A stretch of 64,000 nt of DNA, taken from IMG/VR virus record IMGVR_UViG_3300029288_000113, positions 1 through 64,000 of that record; one strand, 5' to 3'. Shown here piece by piece: positions 35,351 to 44,426 of this stretch. Each line of letters starts with the position of its first letter. Position 1 is the first letter of the stretch. A model generated the notes under the pieces. It worked only from the letters and a program-made list of their open reading frames with translations. It ran no database searches and was not told the origin of the DNA. The translations under genes and the position numbers were made by a program. Source of the stretch: a virus. Its lineage: Duplodnaviria; Caudoviricetes.

Positions 35351-35406
35351 TGGCCACGGGAGAAACCCGGGCCGGCGACCAGAAGATGGCGCCGGCCTTT
35401 TTGTTT
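35351..35406 (+). terminator. Conserved leader with terminator-like hairpin (attenuator candidate)
   Basis: TGGCCACGGGAGAAACCCG + GGCCGGCG..CGCCGGCC TTTTTGTTT; homolog at 60399. Confidence 0.6.
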
Positions 35407-35421
35407 GGAGAGGAATTGCAA

Positions 35422-37446
35422 ATGCCCTGGACGGTAGATGATGTTGAGCGCCACAATCAAGGCCTGAGTGACGAGCAGAAACGTCAGTGGGTGGCCGTGG
35501 CCAACTCGGCCCGCAAGAAATGCATGGACGAGGGTGGCGAATCTGCCCAGTGCGATGCATCGGCCATCAGGCAGGCCAATGGTGTGGTCAAGTCCAACCA
35601 GATGGAGTCATACCGCAGGCTTGCCCCGAACTATACAGTCCGCGAGGAACTGCTCCAGGGCCGCACCCACCTGGTCGTCCCCGTGGTGATGATGACCCAG
35701 GGCGTCCATGCCGGCTCCCACGGCCCGATCCTCCACCTGAGTGATGAGCTGGGGAGATTCCCGGCCGCCTGGGACGGCATACCCGTCTGCATCGGTCACC
35801 CCAAGGACGGTGATTTCAACATATCGGCCAACCAACCCAGGGTGCTCGATGAGTGGATGGTGGGCCGTGTGTTCAACACCCACATGGACGGCCAGAAGCT
35901 GCGGGCCGAGGCCTGGCTGGACAAGGACCTGCTCGGCAGCATGTCGCCCCAGGCCATGGCCCATATCTCCAAGGGCCTGCCCATCGATGTAAGCGTCGGT
36001 GTGTTCACCGAGGACGAGATGTCGTCCGGTGACCACCTGGGCGAGCACTACGAGGCCGTGGCCCGCAACCACCGGCCGGACCACCTGGCCCTGCTGCCTG
36101 GTGCCACCGGGGCCTGTTCCTGGGCCGATGGCTGTGGGGTCCGGGCCAACCAAAAGGAACTTGCCATGTCGAAGAAAAATATTCAAGTCAATGTTGGCCG
36201 CCTGAAATATGACGGCACCGAATCCACGGCCTGGAATGCCCCATCCCTGCAGGACTTTGGCATGGGCAGTGACTGGGCCGGCATGGGCCAGCCCGACCGG
36301 GCCAAGATTGCCGCCCATTTCCTGATTGGCACCGGCCAGTCCGAGTCCTTCAGTGACCTCAAGCTGCCAGTGGTCAACCCCAAGTCTGGGAAGCTGAATG
36401 AGCATGCCCTCCGGGCCTGCATATCCGGTCGGGGTGCCCAGGTGTCCGCCAGCCCCAGGGAGAAGATGGCGGCCAGGCGCATGGCCTACGGTCTCCTGAA
36501 CAAGGAGTTCGGTGCTGACCTGGCCATCCCCGACACCCTGGAATTGGAGGGGCAGCTGACCGAGGTGCTTGTCCAGGAGCTGGCCAAGGAAGGCATACTG
36601 CTTGAGGTCAATGAATTGAGCCATCAGGACATCTCAGGTCAGATCCAGGCCAAGCTCGACCGCATGGATGATGACACCAAGTTCCACTTCCTGAAGGATG
36701 TGTTCAACGACCATTTCATCTACCGGGTTGAGCCCAGGGGAAATTCGAACCAGATTTCCGCGGGCCCGGACGGCAGCAGCAACCTGTTCAAGCGCGACTA
36801 CACGGCGGCCGCAGACGGCACCGTTGAGTTCACCGGGGAGGCAATCCCGGTCATAAAGAGGGTCAGTTATGACCCAATCCAAAGAGGAGGCGTGCAAAAC
36901 ATGAGCAAGCCCTGTTGCAAGGAAAAGGTCGAGATGCTGATCCAGACCGGTCTTTATACCGAAAGCGACCGTGATCGGCTCCTGGCCATGGAGGAGGCTG
37001 ACATTGACATCCTGTCCGCCTCTGCGGAGCGGGCCCAGGCCCAGGTGAATGAGCAGAAGACCAAGGTCGAGACCCTGCAGGCCAACGCGGCCGCCCAGGG
37101 CCAGACCCGGGATCAGGCCATCCAGACCCTCAAGGATGACCTGAAGGACAAGGACAAGTTCCTGGCCTTGGCGCCCCCGGAGATTCAGGCCACCCTCAAG
37201 CACGGCCTGAACCTGTATGAGGCCGAGAAGACCAGGAAGATCAGTCACATCCTGGCCAACACTGTCGAGGGGGTGTACACCAAGGAGGGGCTGGAGGCCA
37301 TGGATTCCTCGGCCCTGGATGCCCTGGCCCGTGCCATCAAGGCCCCCGATGACTATTCCGGCCTCGCCCCGACCAATCCCGTATCCCAGGTCGGGCCCAC
37401 CGGGTACGAAGACAATGCCGTATATCCGCCCGAGGTCCAGGGCTAA
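35422..37446 (+). CDS. Prohead protease/scaffold (DUF2213-like) with N-terminal ChaB-like domain
   Basis: PVCIGHP, DVSVG, PDHLALLPGATGACSWADGCG; C-terminal coiled coil; GGAG RBS supports the MPWTV start. Confidence 0.8.
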   Translation: MPWTVDDVERHNQGLSDEQKRQWVAVANSARKKCMDEGGESAQCDASAIRQANGVVKSNQMESYRRLAPNYTVREELLQGRTHLVVPVVMMTQGVHAGSHGPILHLSDELGRFPAAWDGIPVCIGHPKDGDFNISANQPRVLDEWMVGRVFNTHMDGQKLRAEAWLDKDLLGSMSPQAMAHISKGLPIDVSVGVFTEDEMSSGDHLGEHYEAVARNHRPDHLALLPGATGACSWADGCGVRANQKELAMSKKNIQVNVGRLKYDGTESTAWNAPSLQDFGMGSDWAGMGQPDRAKIAAHFLIGTGQSESFSDLKLPVVNPKSGKLNEHALRACISGRGAQVSASPREKMAARRMAYGLLNKEFGADLAIPDTLELEGQLTEVLVQELAKEGILLEVNELSHQDISGQIQAKLDRMDDDTKFHFLKDVFNDHFIYRVEPRGNSNQISAGPDGSSNLFKRDYTAAADGTVEFTGEAIPVIKRVSYDPIQRGGVQNMSKPCCKEKVEMLIQTGLYTESDRDRLLAMEEADIDILSASAERAQAQVNEQKTKVETLQANAAAQGQTRDQAIQTLKDDLKDKDKFLALAPPEIQATLKHGLNLYEAEKTRKISHILANTVEGVYTKEGLEAMDSSALDALARAIKAPDDYSGLAPTNPVSQVGPTGYEDNAVYPPEVQG

Positions 37447-37483
37447 GGCCTGGGGCCATCAAGGCTAGAGGAGGGAACGAACC

Positions 37484-37942
37484 ATGGCCAGCACCATCAT
37501 TCTGAAGGGGGAGAACCCCACTCTCGAGGAACTGGAGGCGAATGCCGCCATCACCCCGGGCATGCTCATTGAGATCATGAGCACGAACAAGGTCCGGGCG
37601 CATGCAGAGGACGACGGCTTTGCCGTGCCCCTGTTTGCCCTGGAGGACGAGCTGCAGGGCAAGGGTATTTCCGAGGCCTATGCCGCGGGCGACCAGGTGC
37701 CCTGTTGGAGGCCCAAGCCGGGCGACCAGGTGAACGCCCTGTTGGCGGACGGTGAGAATGTCGCCATCGGGGACAAGCTGAGCTCGAACGGCGATGGCTA
37801 CCTGCGCAAGTATGCCAGCCCCCAATCCGTCATTGAGGAAACCGGTGCCATTGTGGGCATCGCCCGTGAGGCGATTGACCGCAGTTCCAGCTCCGGTGGG
37901 GACACCAACACCACGGGCCGCATCGCGGTCGAGATCGTCTAA
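37484..37942 (+). CDS. Head decoration/capsid cement protein
   Basis: Between protease and capsid; AITPGMLI, GDKLSSNGDG. Confidence 0.7.
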   Translation: MASTIILKGENPTLEELEANAAITPGMLIEIMSTNKVRAHAEDDGFAVPLFALEDELQGKGISEAYAAGDQVPCWRPKPGDQVNALLADGENVAIGDKLSSNGDGYLRKYASPQSVIEETGAIVGIAREAIDRSSSSGGDTNTTGRIAVEIV

Positions 37943-37975
37943 ATCCAGCCCCACGGGGAAGGGAGGAATTGAGAA

Positions 37976-39085
37976 ATGAAAGTCAACATTGATTATTTTG
38001 GCCCCCAGGGGGCTGTTCAGGGCCCGCTGGCATCCTACATTGCCGAGCAGGGCCGGATCAACCCGGCCTTCATGCGGCCCATCCTGGGGCCTGACGGGCA
38101 CACGTACTTCACCGTCTACCAGGGCGGGGACCGCACCAAGAAGGAGTCGTACCGGACCTTCCGGCGCGATGAGCTCCAGGCACTGGGCATCGCCACCTAC
38201 GGTACCCTGCGTCGGGATGAGTGGAAGCAGTTGGATGCCGCCATCCTCCAGGCCGCCCATATCCGCCTGGGAGGCATCGACGACCTGATCAGTGCCAATC
38301 TGACCTACAACCTGACCAACGCCATGGGCACCACTGTCCTGGAACACCACACCATCAACGAATCCATGAACGCCGAAGTCAGCATGGACCCCTCGGTGCG
38401 CTCCCGGAAGGATCGGCCGAACTACAACACCGTGTACACCCCGATCCCGGTGATCCATGCGGACTTCTCCATCAGCTCCCGTTCCCTGGAAGCCAGCCGC
38501 AGGCTGGGCAATCCCCTGGACGTCGACATGGTCCAGGAGGCCACCCGGGTGGTCATGGAGAAGCGCGAGCAGATGCTGTTCAACAACAATGAGACCCCGT
38601 TCCAGTTCGGCGGCGGCTACATCTACAGCTACCTCGACCATGCCAACCGCAACCAGTACTCGCTGACCGGCGCCTGGACCGGCCTCACCGGCGCCCAGAT
38701 TCTGGCCGATGTCCAGGGCATGATCCAGGCCAGCGTCACCGACCGGCACTATGGCCCCTGGAAGCTGTACATCCCCACGGGCTACCAGACCGTGATCGGC
38801 AACGACTACCAGACCGGTTACCCCAAGAGCATCCGTGAGCGCCTGCTCGAGCTCGAGGGGCTGCAGGGCATCAAGGTCATCGACACCCTGCCGGCCAATA
38901 ACGTGGCCCTGGTGGAGATGCTGCCCACCACCGTCCGCCTCATTAATGGTATGGGCATCCAGGTGGTCCAGTGGCAGGTGGGCTCCAGCCTGAGCCCCAC
39001 TGAGTACAAGGTCCTCTGTATCCAGGTCCCGCAGATTCGGTCCGACCAGAACGGCCGCTGCGGCGTGGTCCACGGCTCCGTGTAA
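37976..39085 (+). CDS. Major capsid protein (HK97 fold, linocin/encapsulin-like)
   Basis: 369 aa; LRRDEWKQLDAAI, PIPVIHADF, HYGPWKLYIP; strong codon bias. Confidence 0.85.
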   Translation: MKVNIDYFGPQGAVQGPLASYIAEQGRINPAFMRPILGPDGHTYFTVYQGGDRTKKESYRTFRRDELQALGIATYGTLRRDEWKQLDAAILQAAHIRLGGIDDLISANLTYNLTNAMGTTVLEHHTINESMNAEVSMDPSVRSRKDRPNYNTVYTPIPVIHADFSISSRSLEASRRLGNPLDVDMVQEATRVVMEKREQMLFNNNETPFQFGGGYIYSYLDHANRNQYSLTGAWTGLTGAQILADVQGMIQASVTDRHYGPWKLYIPTGYQTVIGNDYQTGYPKSIRERLLELEGLQGIKVIDTLPANNVALVEMLPTTVRLINGMGIQVVQWQVGSSLSPTEYKVLCIQVPQIRSDQNGRCGVVHGSV

Positions 39086-39152
39086 GGGCCGGTTCATCAG
39101 CAATCTCCCGGTTGATGGCTAACCAGGCCGAGCCGGACATATATTTGGAGGT

Positions 39153-39512
39153 ATGATCATGCCGTCTAATCAGGACAAGCCCATGCAGTGGAAGAACATC
39201 TCAGGGACGTTCAATCTTCGCCGCCCCGATGGTGAGATCGAGGTGATCCAGCCAGGCAGTGTGTTCACCGCCACGCAGTCACAGGTGCCCAGGGCATTCC
39301 GGGACACCATCAGGCCGGTCGATCCGACCGATCTTGAGGAACAACCCGCCCCGGCCCCTACCGCCATCATGGATAACCAGTTCAAGATCGTGCCCCGGCC
39401 CAGGGGCGGGTTCAACGTGGTCAATTCCATCGGCAAGGCCATAAACGAGAGATCGCTGACCGAGGCCGAGGCCGATGTGCTCCTCAATGGCCTCAGGAGT
39501 GTCCATGGATGA
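39153..39512 (+). CDS. Hypothetical head-associated protein
   Basis: Follows the capsid gene; GGAGGT RBS. Confidence 0.6.
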   Translation: MIMPSNQDKPMQWKNISGTFNLRRPDGEIEVIQPGSVFTATQSQVPRAFRDTIRPVDPTDLEEQPAPAPTAIMDNQFKIVPRPRGGFNVVNSIGKAINERSLTEAEADVLLNGLRSVHG

Positions 39513-39958
39513 CAAATTCCCTGGAAATGTTCGGTCAGCACCTGATCGCTGACGGGTATGGTGCCCCGGCTCATCTGCTTTCCGACATCGACCTAGTCCA
39601 CAGGTTCCTTGATGAGACCCCTGACCTGATAGGCATGACCAAGGTGATGCCTCCCTATGCATTCAGGTACAGGGGCAAGGTGCCTGAAGATTGGGGCATT
39701 TCAGGGTTTGTGATCATAGCCGAGAGCCACATCGCCATCCACACGTTCCCCGACCGGGGATTCCTCAGCCTCGACATCTTCTCCTGCCGGGGCTTCGATG
39801 CCATCCTGGCACTGGCCTTTTGCAGGAGGCAGTTTGGGGTCTTTCGTATTGACCACAGGATCATAGACCGCGGCCTGGAGTTTCCCAGGGACCGTGGGAT
39901 CGTCACCGGGATAATCACCTCCCAAAGACAAGGAATCATGGGGGGCATCAATAAATGA
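39509..39958 (+). CDS. speD: S-adenosylmethionine decarboxylase proenzyme family
   Basis: GQHLIADGYG, SGFVIIAESHIAIHTFP, DIFSC. Confidence 0.9.
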   Translation: MTNSLEMFGQHLIADGYGAPAHLLSDIDLVHRFLDETPDLIGMTKVMPPYAFRYRGKVPEDWGISGFVIIAESHIAIHTFPDRGFLSLDIFSCRGFDAILALAFCRRQFGVFRIDHRIIDRGLEFPRDRGIVTGIITSQRQGIMGGINK

Positions 39959-40290
39959 CCGAACAAAACAGGGACCTGTCGGATCGCACCTGGAGCATTC
40001 AGGGCAAGATTTTGGCAGCCATGGGGGCATTGATCATTATCTCGTTGGGTGCCAATGGCAGCATGCTGCTGATGGGCATCAATAACCTCCAGAACCAGAT
40101 GTCGACATCTGACAAGTCCATATTGGACAAGATCAATTCGGACAATGCGGACGTCAAGGCCAGGCTGGGGGAGATATGCCAGCAGAATGCCGAGACCAAC
40201 AAGATGATGATGAGGCACGCCGAGAAATTGGCCGTACTTGAGACCAATCAGAATGCCAGGCTTGAAAAGGAGAGGCGGGGGTTCAGGTGA
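39955..40290 (+). CDS. Membrane-anchored coiled-coil protein
   Basis: One TM segment plus coiled coil. Confidence 0.55.
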   Translation: MTEQNRDLSDRTWSIQGKILAAMGALIIISLGANGSMLLMGINNLQNQMSTSDKSILDKINSDNADVKARLGEICQQNAETNKMMMRHAEKLAVLETNQNARLEKERRGFR

Positions 40291-40982
40291 GCAAGACGTG
40301 GGTTGCACCGCGCATGTGGGATGGGGGCCGATGCATCGTGATCGCCGGTGGGCCGTCACTGGTGACACAGTTCGGCATCCCGGATGATGTGGTGGCCACG
40401 GTCCGTTCGGGCCAGGCGCCATTGTCCACCTATTCACCGTTCATGTCCGCCATTCATGATGAGCACGTCATTGCGGTCAATAATTCATACCTGCTTGGTG
40501 ATTGGCCTGACATCTGCTTTTTTGGTGACCATGGATGGTGGCGGGTCCACAGGCAGGCCCTGATCGAATGGCCGGGTCTGAAGGTCACCAATTGCCCGGG
40601 CCTGTCCGATCCGGCTGTCGCCCGGGCATCCAACGTCAGATATTTGGCCAGGGACCGAAACCGCAAGCTAGGCCTGAGCCCAGACCCGGGCAAGCTGTCA
40701 TGGAACTTCAATTCCGGCAGTTCGGCCATAGACCTGGCTGTCCATTTGGGCTCGAGCAAGGTTATCCTTTTGGGCTTCGACATGAGGTATGGCAATGGGG
40801 GCGAATCGCATTGGCACCCCGGGCACGGCCATGACAAGAAGCCCAATTATGCCAGATTCATGCAGGGGTTCCCTGTCATTGCCAATGATGCCCAGAGACT
40901 CGGTGTCGAGATAATCAATTGTTCACCCGGAACGGCCCTGGTCGATTTCCCGGTCATGAACCTTTCGGAGGCATTGTCATGA
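40287..40982 (+). CDS. DUF115/Maf-like (sialyltransferase-fold) transferase
   Basis: IAGGPSL, IAVNN, NSGSSAIDLAVHLGSSKVILLGFDM, HWH. Confidence 0.7.
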   Translation: MSKTWVAPRMWDGGRCIVIAGGPSLVTQFGIPDDVVATVRSGQAPLSTYSPFMSAIHDEHVIAVNNSYLLGDWPDICFFGDHGWWRVHRQALIEWPGLKVTNCPGLSDPAVARASNVRYLARDRNRKLGLSPDPGKLSWNFNSGSSAIDLAVHLGSSKVILLGFDMRYGNGGESHWHPGHGHDKKPNYARFMQGFPVIANDAQRLGVEIINCSPGTALVDFPVMNLSEALS

Positions 40983-43264
40983 GGTTGACCAAGAGGATAT
41001 CCAAGTCACTCCTGGTGTTTGTGCTTTGCATGTCTGTCATGTGGGTGGGCATCAGGGCTGGCCAGGCCGTGATCTACACCCATCCGAATTACAGGGCCCA
41101 GCACTGGGACCTCCTGATGAACTCGTTCATCGATGCCGTGCAGTCGGATGTCACCACCCTGTACACCCAGACGGCGGCCCTGGCCAATACGTTTGCCAAT
41201 TGGGTGACCACGGTTGACCAGCCGGTCCTGATCACCGCCACACCAGTTTTTGTCAATGACCACACATTCACGTTGGCCGGCGACTACACTGCGGTGCTGC
41301 CTGCCGGCAAGCGCATGCTGTTTGACCTGGGCCAGGACCCCATGGTCGGCAATACGGTGGTATCCTCCACATATTCCTCCCCCAACACCACTGTGGTGGT
41401 GACCTTCAACAACCTGACCGGCAACCTCCAGGCGGCCTCATATTATGCCACTCGCTCCGGCACCCGGACCTATGGGTCTGGGGATATTGTGGCCTCCGAA
41501 TACGGAAGCCCCTCGTGGGCCAACCTGCAGGCCGCCATATCCGTGTCCAATGCGGCCGGCCGCAGGTTGGTGGTCACCCCGGGCACCTGGCCGGTGACGG
41601 GGAATATTGCCATCACCTCCCCATGCACGGTCTCATCGGGCGCCATCCTGGACATCGCCACAGGCGTCGTCCTGAGTCAGAATGGGTCATTCAGTGCCGG
41701 TGGGTACCAGGTGTTCTCGTACACCGGGACGGGCAATGTCGTGTTCGGGGTCGGGTCAGTGAATGCCGTCTTGTTCGATTGGTGGGGTCCGACCGCCAAT
41801 GGGATCGTGGATGACAGTGCCAAGTTGCAGAAGGCAATTGATTCACTGGCCACGGCCAAGGGCACGGTCAGGGTTGGCAGCAAGTCGTATGCCCTGGCCA
41901 GCCGGGTCAACGGGCGTTATGCAGTCCAGGTTTGCGGCGTCCCGGAGATGACCAAGTTCATTCCCACGGGCACCGATCCGGCATTCGGTCAGGCGGAGGA
42001 CTTCTACGATAATACGGCCTCCACGGGCTATTGGACGGCATTCCGGGATTTCACCATTGATGCGTCGGCGAATACCAATGACATGGATCTGATGTACTTC
42101 GACCGCAACTTCAACATGTGTGCGATCAGGAACATCAATTTTTATGGCAACCCGGCCAAGACCCAGACCGGCCTGCATGTGTACCACACCAATCCGGACA
42201 CCGGTTTGGGCAATCTCTCCTACCATAACTTTTTTCACGGCCTGAATTTCATCAATTGCAAGTCCGCCAATGGGGCCATGTTCCTGGATGGTTCCGGAAC
42301 CCTGAGCAGGCGCATCAACGATTGCATTGTAGACTTTTGCAAGTTCTCCGGCTACAAGGTTGGGCTCAAGGTCGGTGGCATCGGTAACCGGGCCAAGAAT
42401 TGCGCATTCAACGTCCCTGACAACCCGGTACTGTTAAACAATACGGGCGGAACCGATTTCCGGGTCATATTCTACGACGGCACCGGCAATGCCCTGATGA
42501 ATAATTTCTTTGACCTGGCCGGCACTCATGTGGTGTTGATGATGTATGGCCAGGCGTTCAACCAGACTGCGGTTTGTGACATCCCAATGACCAATCCTGG
42601 GCTGACTGGCATTAACCAGATCGCAGACTTGGCCAGCGCGGTCTCGGTCCCATACTGCCATGTGGCCACCTATTCGGCTGCCGACACATTGGTCGTGGCC
42701 ACCAATGTCACTGCCACCTATCCTGTGGACAGGCAGGTCTGGGTGGATTGTGGTACCGATGGCTGGCGCACCTTGACGGTCCTGACCTCCACATACAGTG
42801 CCCCGAACACCACCATTGTACTGAATGATTCCGTCCTGACCTCGAATCTGGCAACAGTCAGTTCTGCATTCTATGCAGATAGGTTCCGTCCCCATTTTAC
42901 GAACGGGTATCAGCTGTATTATCAGCAGATGATGCCATCCAGGCTGTACCTAGGCAATGGCGAAACCAAATATCTGGATGCGGCCAAAAAGGGTTCGGTC
43001 ATTTATGATTTCTCGGCCACCCCCTTGACCATCAATGCCGGTGTCACCGCCACCCTCACGTTACCGATTGATTCCAGCTACGGGCTCATCGCAGGCATGG
43101 CAGTGACCATCAATACCTCGACGGCGTTCCCGGTCGGGGTGGTCAGGACCAATGCCCAGACCAGCACTGATTCCATTGTGCTGAAGCTGTTCAATCCAAC
43201 GGCAGCCCCGATAACAATTAACACGAGCCAGACCTTCAAATGGGCCGTGTTTGAAGGGGTATAA
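40979..43264 (+). CDS. Right-handed beta-helix (pectate-lyase/tailspike-like) protein with N-terminal signal-like sequence
   Basis: WWG..ANGIVDDSAKLQKAID; Asn-rich repeats; duplicated STYS.PNTT module. Confidence 0.7.
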   Translation: MRLTKRISKSLLVFVLCMSVMWVGIRAGQAVIYTHPNYRAQHWDLLMNSFIDAVQSDVTTLYTQTAALANTFANWVTTVDQPVLITATPVFVNDHTFTLAGDYTAVLPAGKRMLFDLGQDPMVGNTVVSSTYSSPNTTVVVTFNNLTGNLQAASYYATRSGTRTYGSGDIVASEYGSPSWANLQAAISVSNAAGRRLVVTPGTWPVTGNIAITSPCTVSSGAILDIATGVVLSQNGSFSAGGYQVFSYTGTGNVVFGVGSVNAVLFDWWGPTANGIVDDSAKLQKAIDSLATAKGTVRVGSKSYALASRVNGRYAVQVCGVPEMTKFIPTGTDPAFGQAEDFYDNTASTGYWTAFRDFTIDASANTNDMDLMYFDRNFNMCAIRNINFYGNPAKTQTGLHVYHTNPDTGLGNLSYHNFFHGLNFINCKSANGAMFLDGSGTLSRRINDCIVDFCKFSGYKVGLKVGGIGNRAKNCAFNVPDNPVLLNNTGGTDFRVIFYDGTGNALMNNFFDLAGTHVVLMMYGQAFNQTAVCDIPMTNPGLTGINQIADLASAVSVPYCHVATYSAADTLVVATNVTATYPVDRQVWVDCGTDGWRTLTVLTSTYSAPNTTIVLNDSVLTSNLATVSSAFYADRFRPHFTNGYQLYYQQMMPSRLYLGNGETKYLDAAKKGSVIYDFSATPLTINAGVTATLTLPIDSSYGLIAGMAVTINTSTAFPVGVVRTNAQTSTDSIVLKLFNPTAAPITINTSQTFKWAVFEGV

Positions 43265-43276
43265 GGAATCAACGAC

Positions 43277-43711
43277 ATGGGCATCCCGATCAGGAAGATA
43301 GTCGAATGGGCAGAGAAACTGAATGGCATCAAGTATGTCTTTGCTGCCGAGAATGACCGCAAGCCCGTATCCGAGATCGAGCGAGAGGACTGCTCCGAGT
43401 TGATCCAGAATGCCTGTGACCAGAATAGCGTGGTGCCCAGGATGCCCGACGGGGCCAAAAATCAGTATCACCATTGCCATGACCATGGCACCCTGATCTC
43501 GGTCCAGGAGGCCATCGACACCTATGGCGCCCTGCTTTTCCGCATAGCCGACCAGAGCCATGTTGCATTCAGCATGGGGGACGGCCACCGTACGTTCGAG
43601 GCCAAGGGCAGTCGTGATGGTGTCGGTTATTTTGATAATGTTGCCGACCGCCCCTGGACGCACGGGGCATTGATTCCCGGGGCTGATTACCCCGGATGGG
43701 AGGTTTCATGA
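43277..43711 (+). CDS. NlpC/P60-family peptidoglycan hydrolase (endolysin candidate)
   Basis: KYVFAAE, DCSELI, HVAFSMG..EA. Confidence 0.75.
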   Translation: MGIPIRKIVEWAEKLNGIKYVFAAENDRKPVSEIEREDCSELIQNACDQNSVVPRMPDGAKNQYHHCHDHGTLISVQEAIDTYGALLFRIADQSHVAFSMGDGHRTFEAKGSRDGVGYFDNVADRPWTHGALIPGADYPGWEVS

Positions 43712-43884
43712 TGGGTGGCTTGAAGGACCTTAGGACCACAATACCCGGGCTGGCGATCATAGCCATTGTCGGGGCAGCCCTGCTGTTGGGCAAGATTGAC
43801 TTCAATCAGTTTGTCACATTCATCGGGGGCCTGCTTGGTGGCGGGCTTATTACTGCCAACACCAAGGTCAATCCTGGGCCATGA
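43708..43884 (+). CDS. Holin-like two-TM protein
   Basis: TTIPGL; two TM helices; follows the hydrolase. Confidence 0.6.
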   Translation: MMGGLKDLRTTIPGLAIIAIVGAALLLGKIDFNQFVTFIGGLLGGGLITANTKVNPGP

Positions 43885-44054
43885 TTGAGTCCTTGTTCAT
43901 TGAGTCCTTGTTCAGGGACCTGATGATGTCCGGCTGTGCATTGGTGCTGGCCATCAGCGGCACATTGGTGGGCATCTTCCTCCTGGCCGTCGCGGCCTGG
44001 AGGAGCGGAAGATCAAAGAGAATGGGGTATAGGAACCCCAAGGAGGAACCATGA
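43881..44054 (+). CDS. Small membrane protein (57 aa)
   Basis: MIESLFIESLFRDLMMSGCALVLAISGTLVGIFLLAVAAWRS...; ATGA overlaps. Confidence 0.45.
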   Translation: MIESLFIESLFRDLMMSGCALVLAISGTLVGIFLLAVAAWRSGRSKRMGYRNPKEEP

Positions 44055-44389
44055 AGAGATTGACTGTTTTATTGGCTGTGTTATTGATGGTGGTCCTGCT
44101 GCTGTCCGGCTGTCAGACGCTCAAGGCGGCATTCTGTTCCCCATCGGCAGATCAGTTTGTGCAGGCGGCGACTTCGTTGACCCAGGCCACTGAGCTCAAG
44201 GGCTTCCTGTCCGTCCTGCCGCCATCGCCGGAGGTGACTGCGATCCTCGCAGGTGTGAATCTGGCCATACCCATTCTGGACAGGGTCAGGCAGAACATAT
44301 GCGTATCGGCCGAGGAGTTCCAGGCGGCCATCGAGGCTGTGAGGTCCAATGAGGCATTCGCCAAGGCCAAGCTGGGCTACAAGAAATAA
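44051..44389 (+). CDS. Lipoprotein (spanin-like candidate)
   Basis: Signal peptide with LLSGC lipobox; in the lysis cluster. Confidence 0.65.
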   Translation: MKRLTVLLAVLLMVVLLLSGCQTLKAAFCSPSADQFVQAATSLTQATELKGFLSVLPPSPEVTAILAGVNLAIPILDRVRQNICVSAEEFQAAIEAVRSNEAFAKAKLGYKK

Positions 44390-44426
44390 TTGGCATTGCA
44401 TAAAATGATCAAGGGGGGTTGACGAG

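Noticed and set aside
35344-35421. Upstream GTG start for the prohead protease
   Set aside because: Overlaps the conserved leader/terminator; the RBS precedes the ATG at 35422.
37976-39085. Encapsulin nanocompartment operon
   Set aside because: The linocin-like sequence sits with terminase, portal, protease and tail genes, so it is the phage capsid.
37337-39103. 588-aa minus-strand ORF (likewise 35608-36624, 29133-30119 and other long antisense ORFs)
   Set aside because: Antisense shadows of strongly codon-biased structural genes; no motifs or RBS.
43884-43913. 15-bp tandem duplication ATTGAGTCCTTGTTC
   Set aside because: Simple in-frame slippage duplication with no sign of function.
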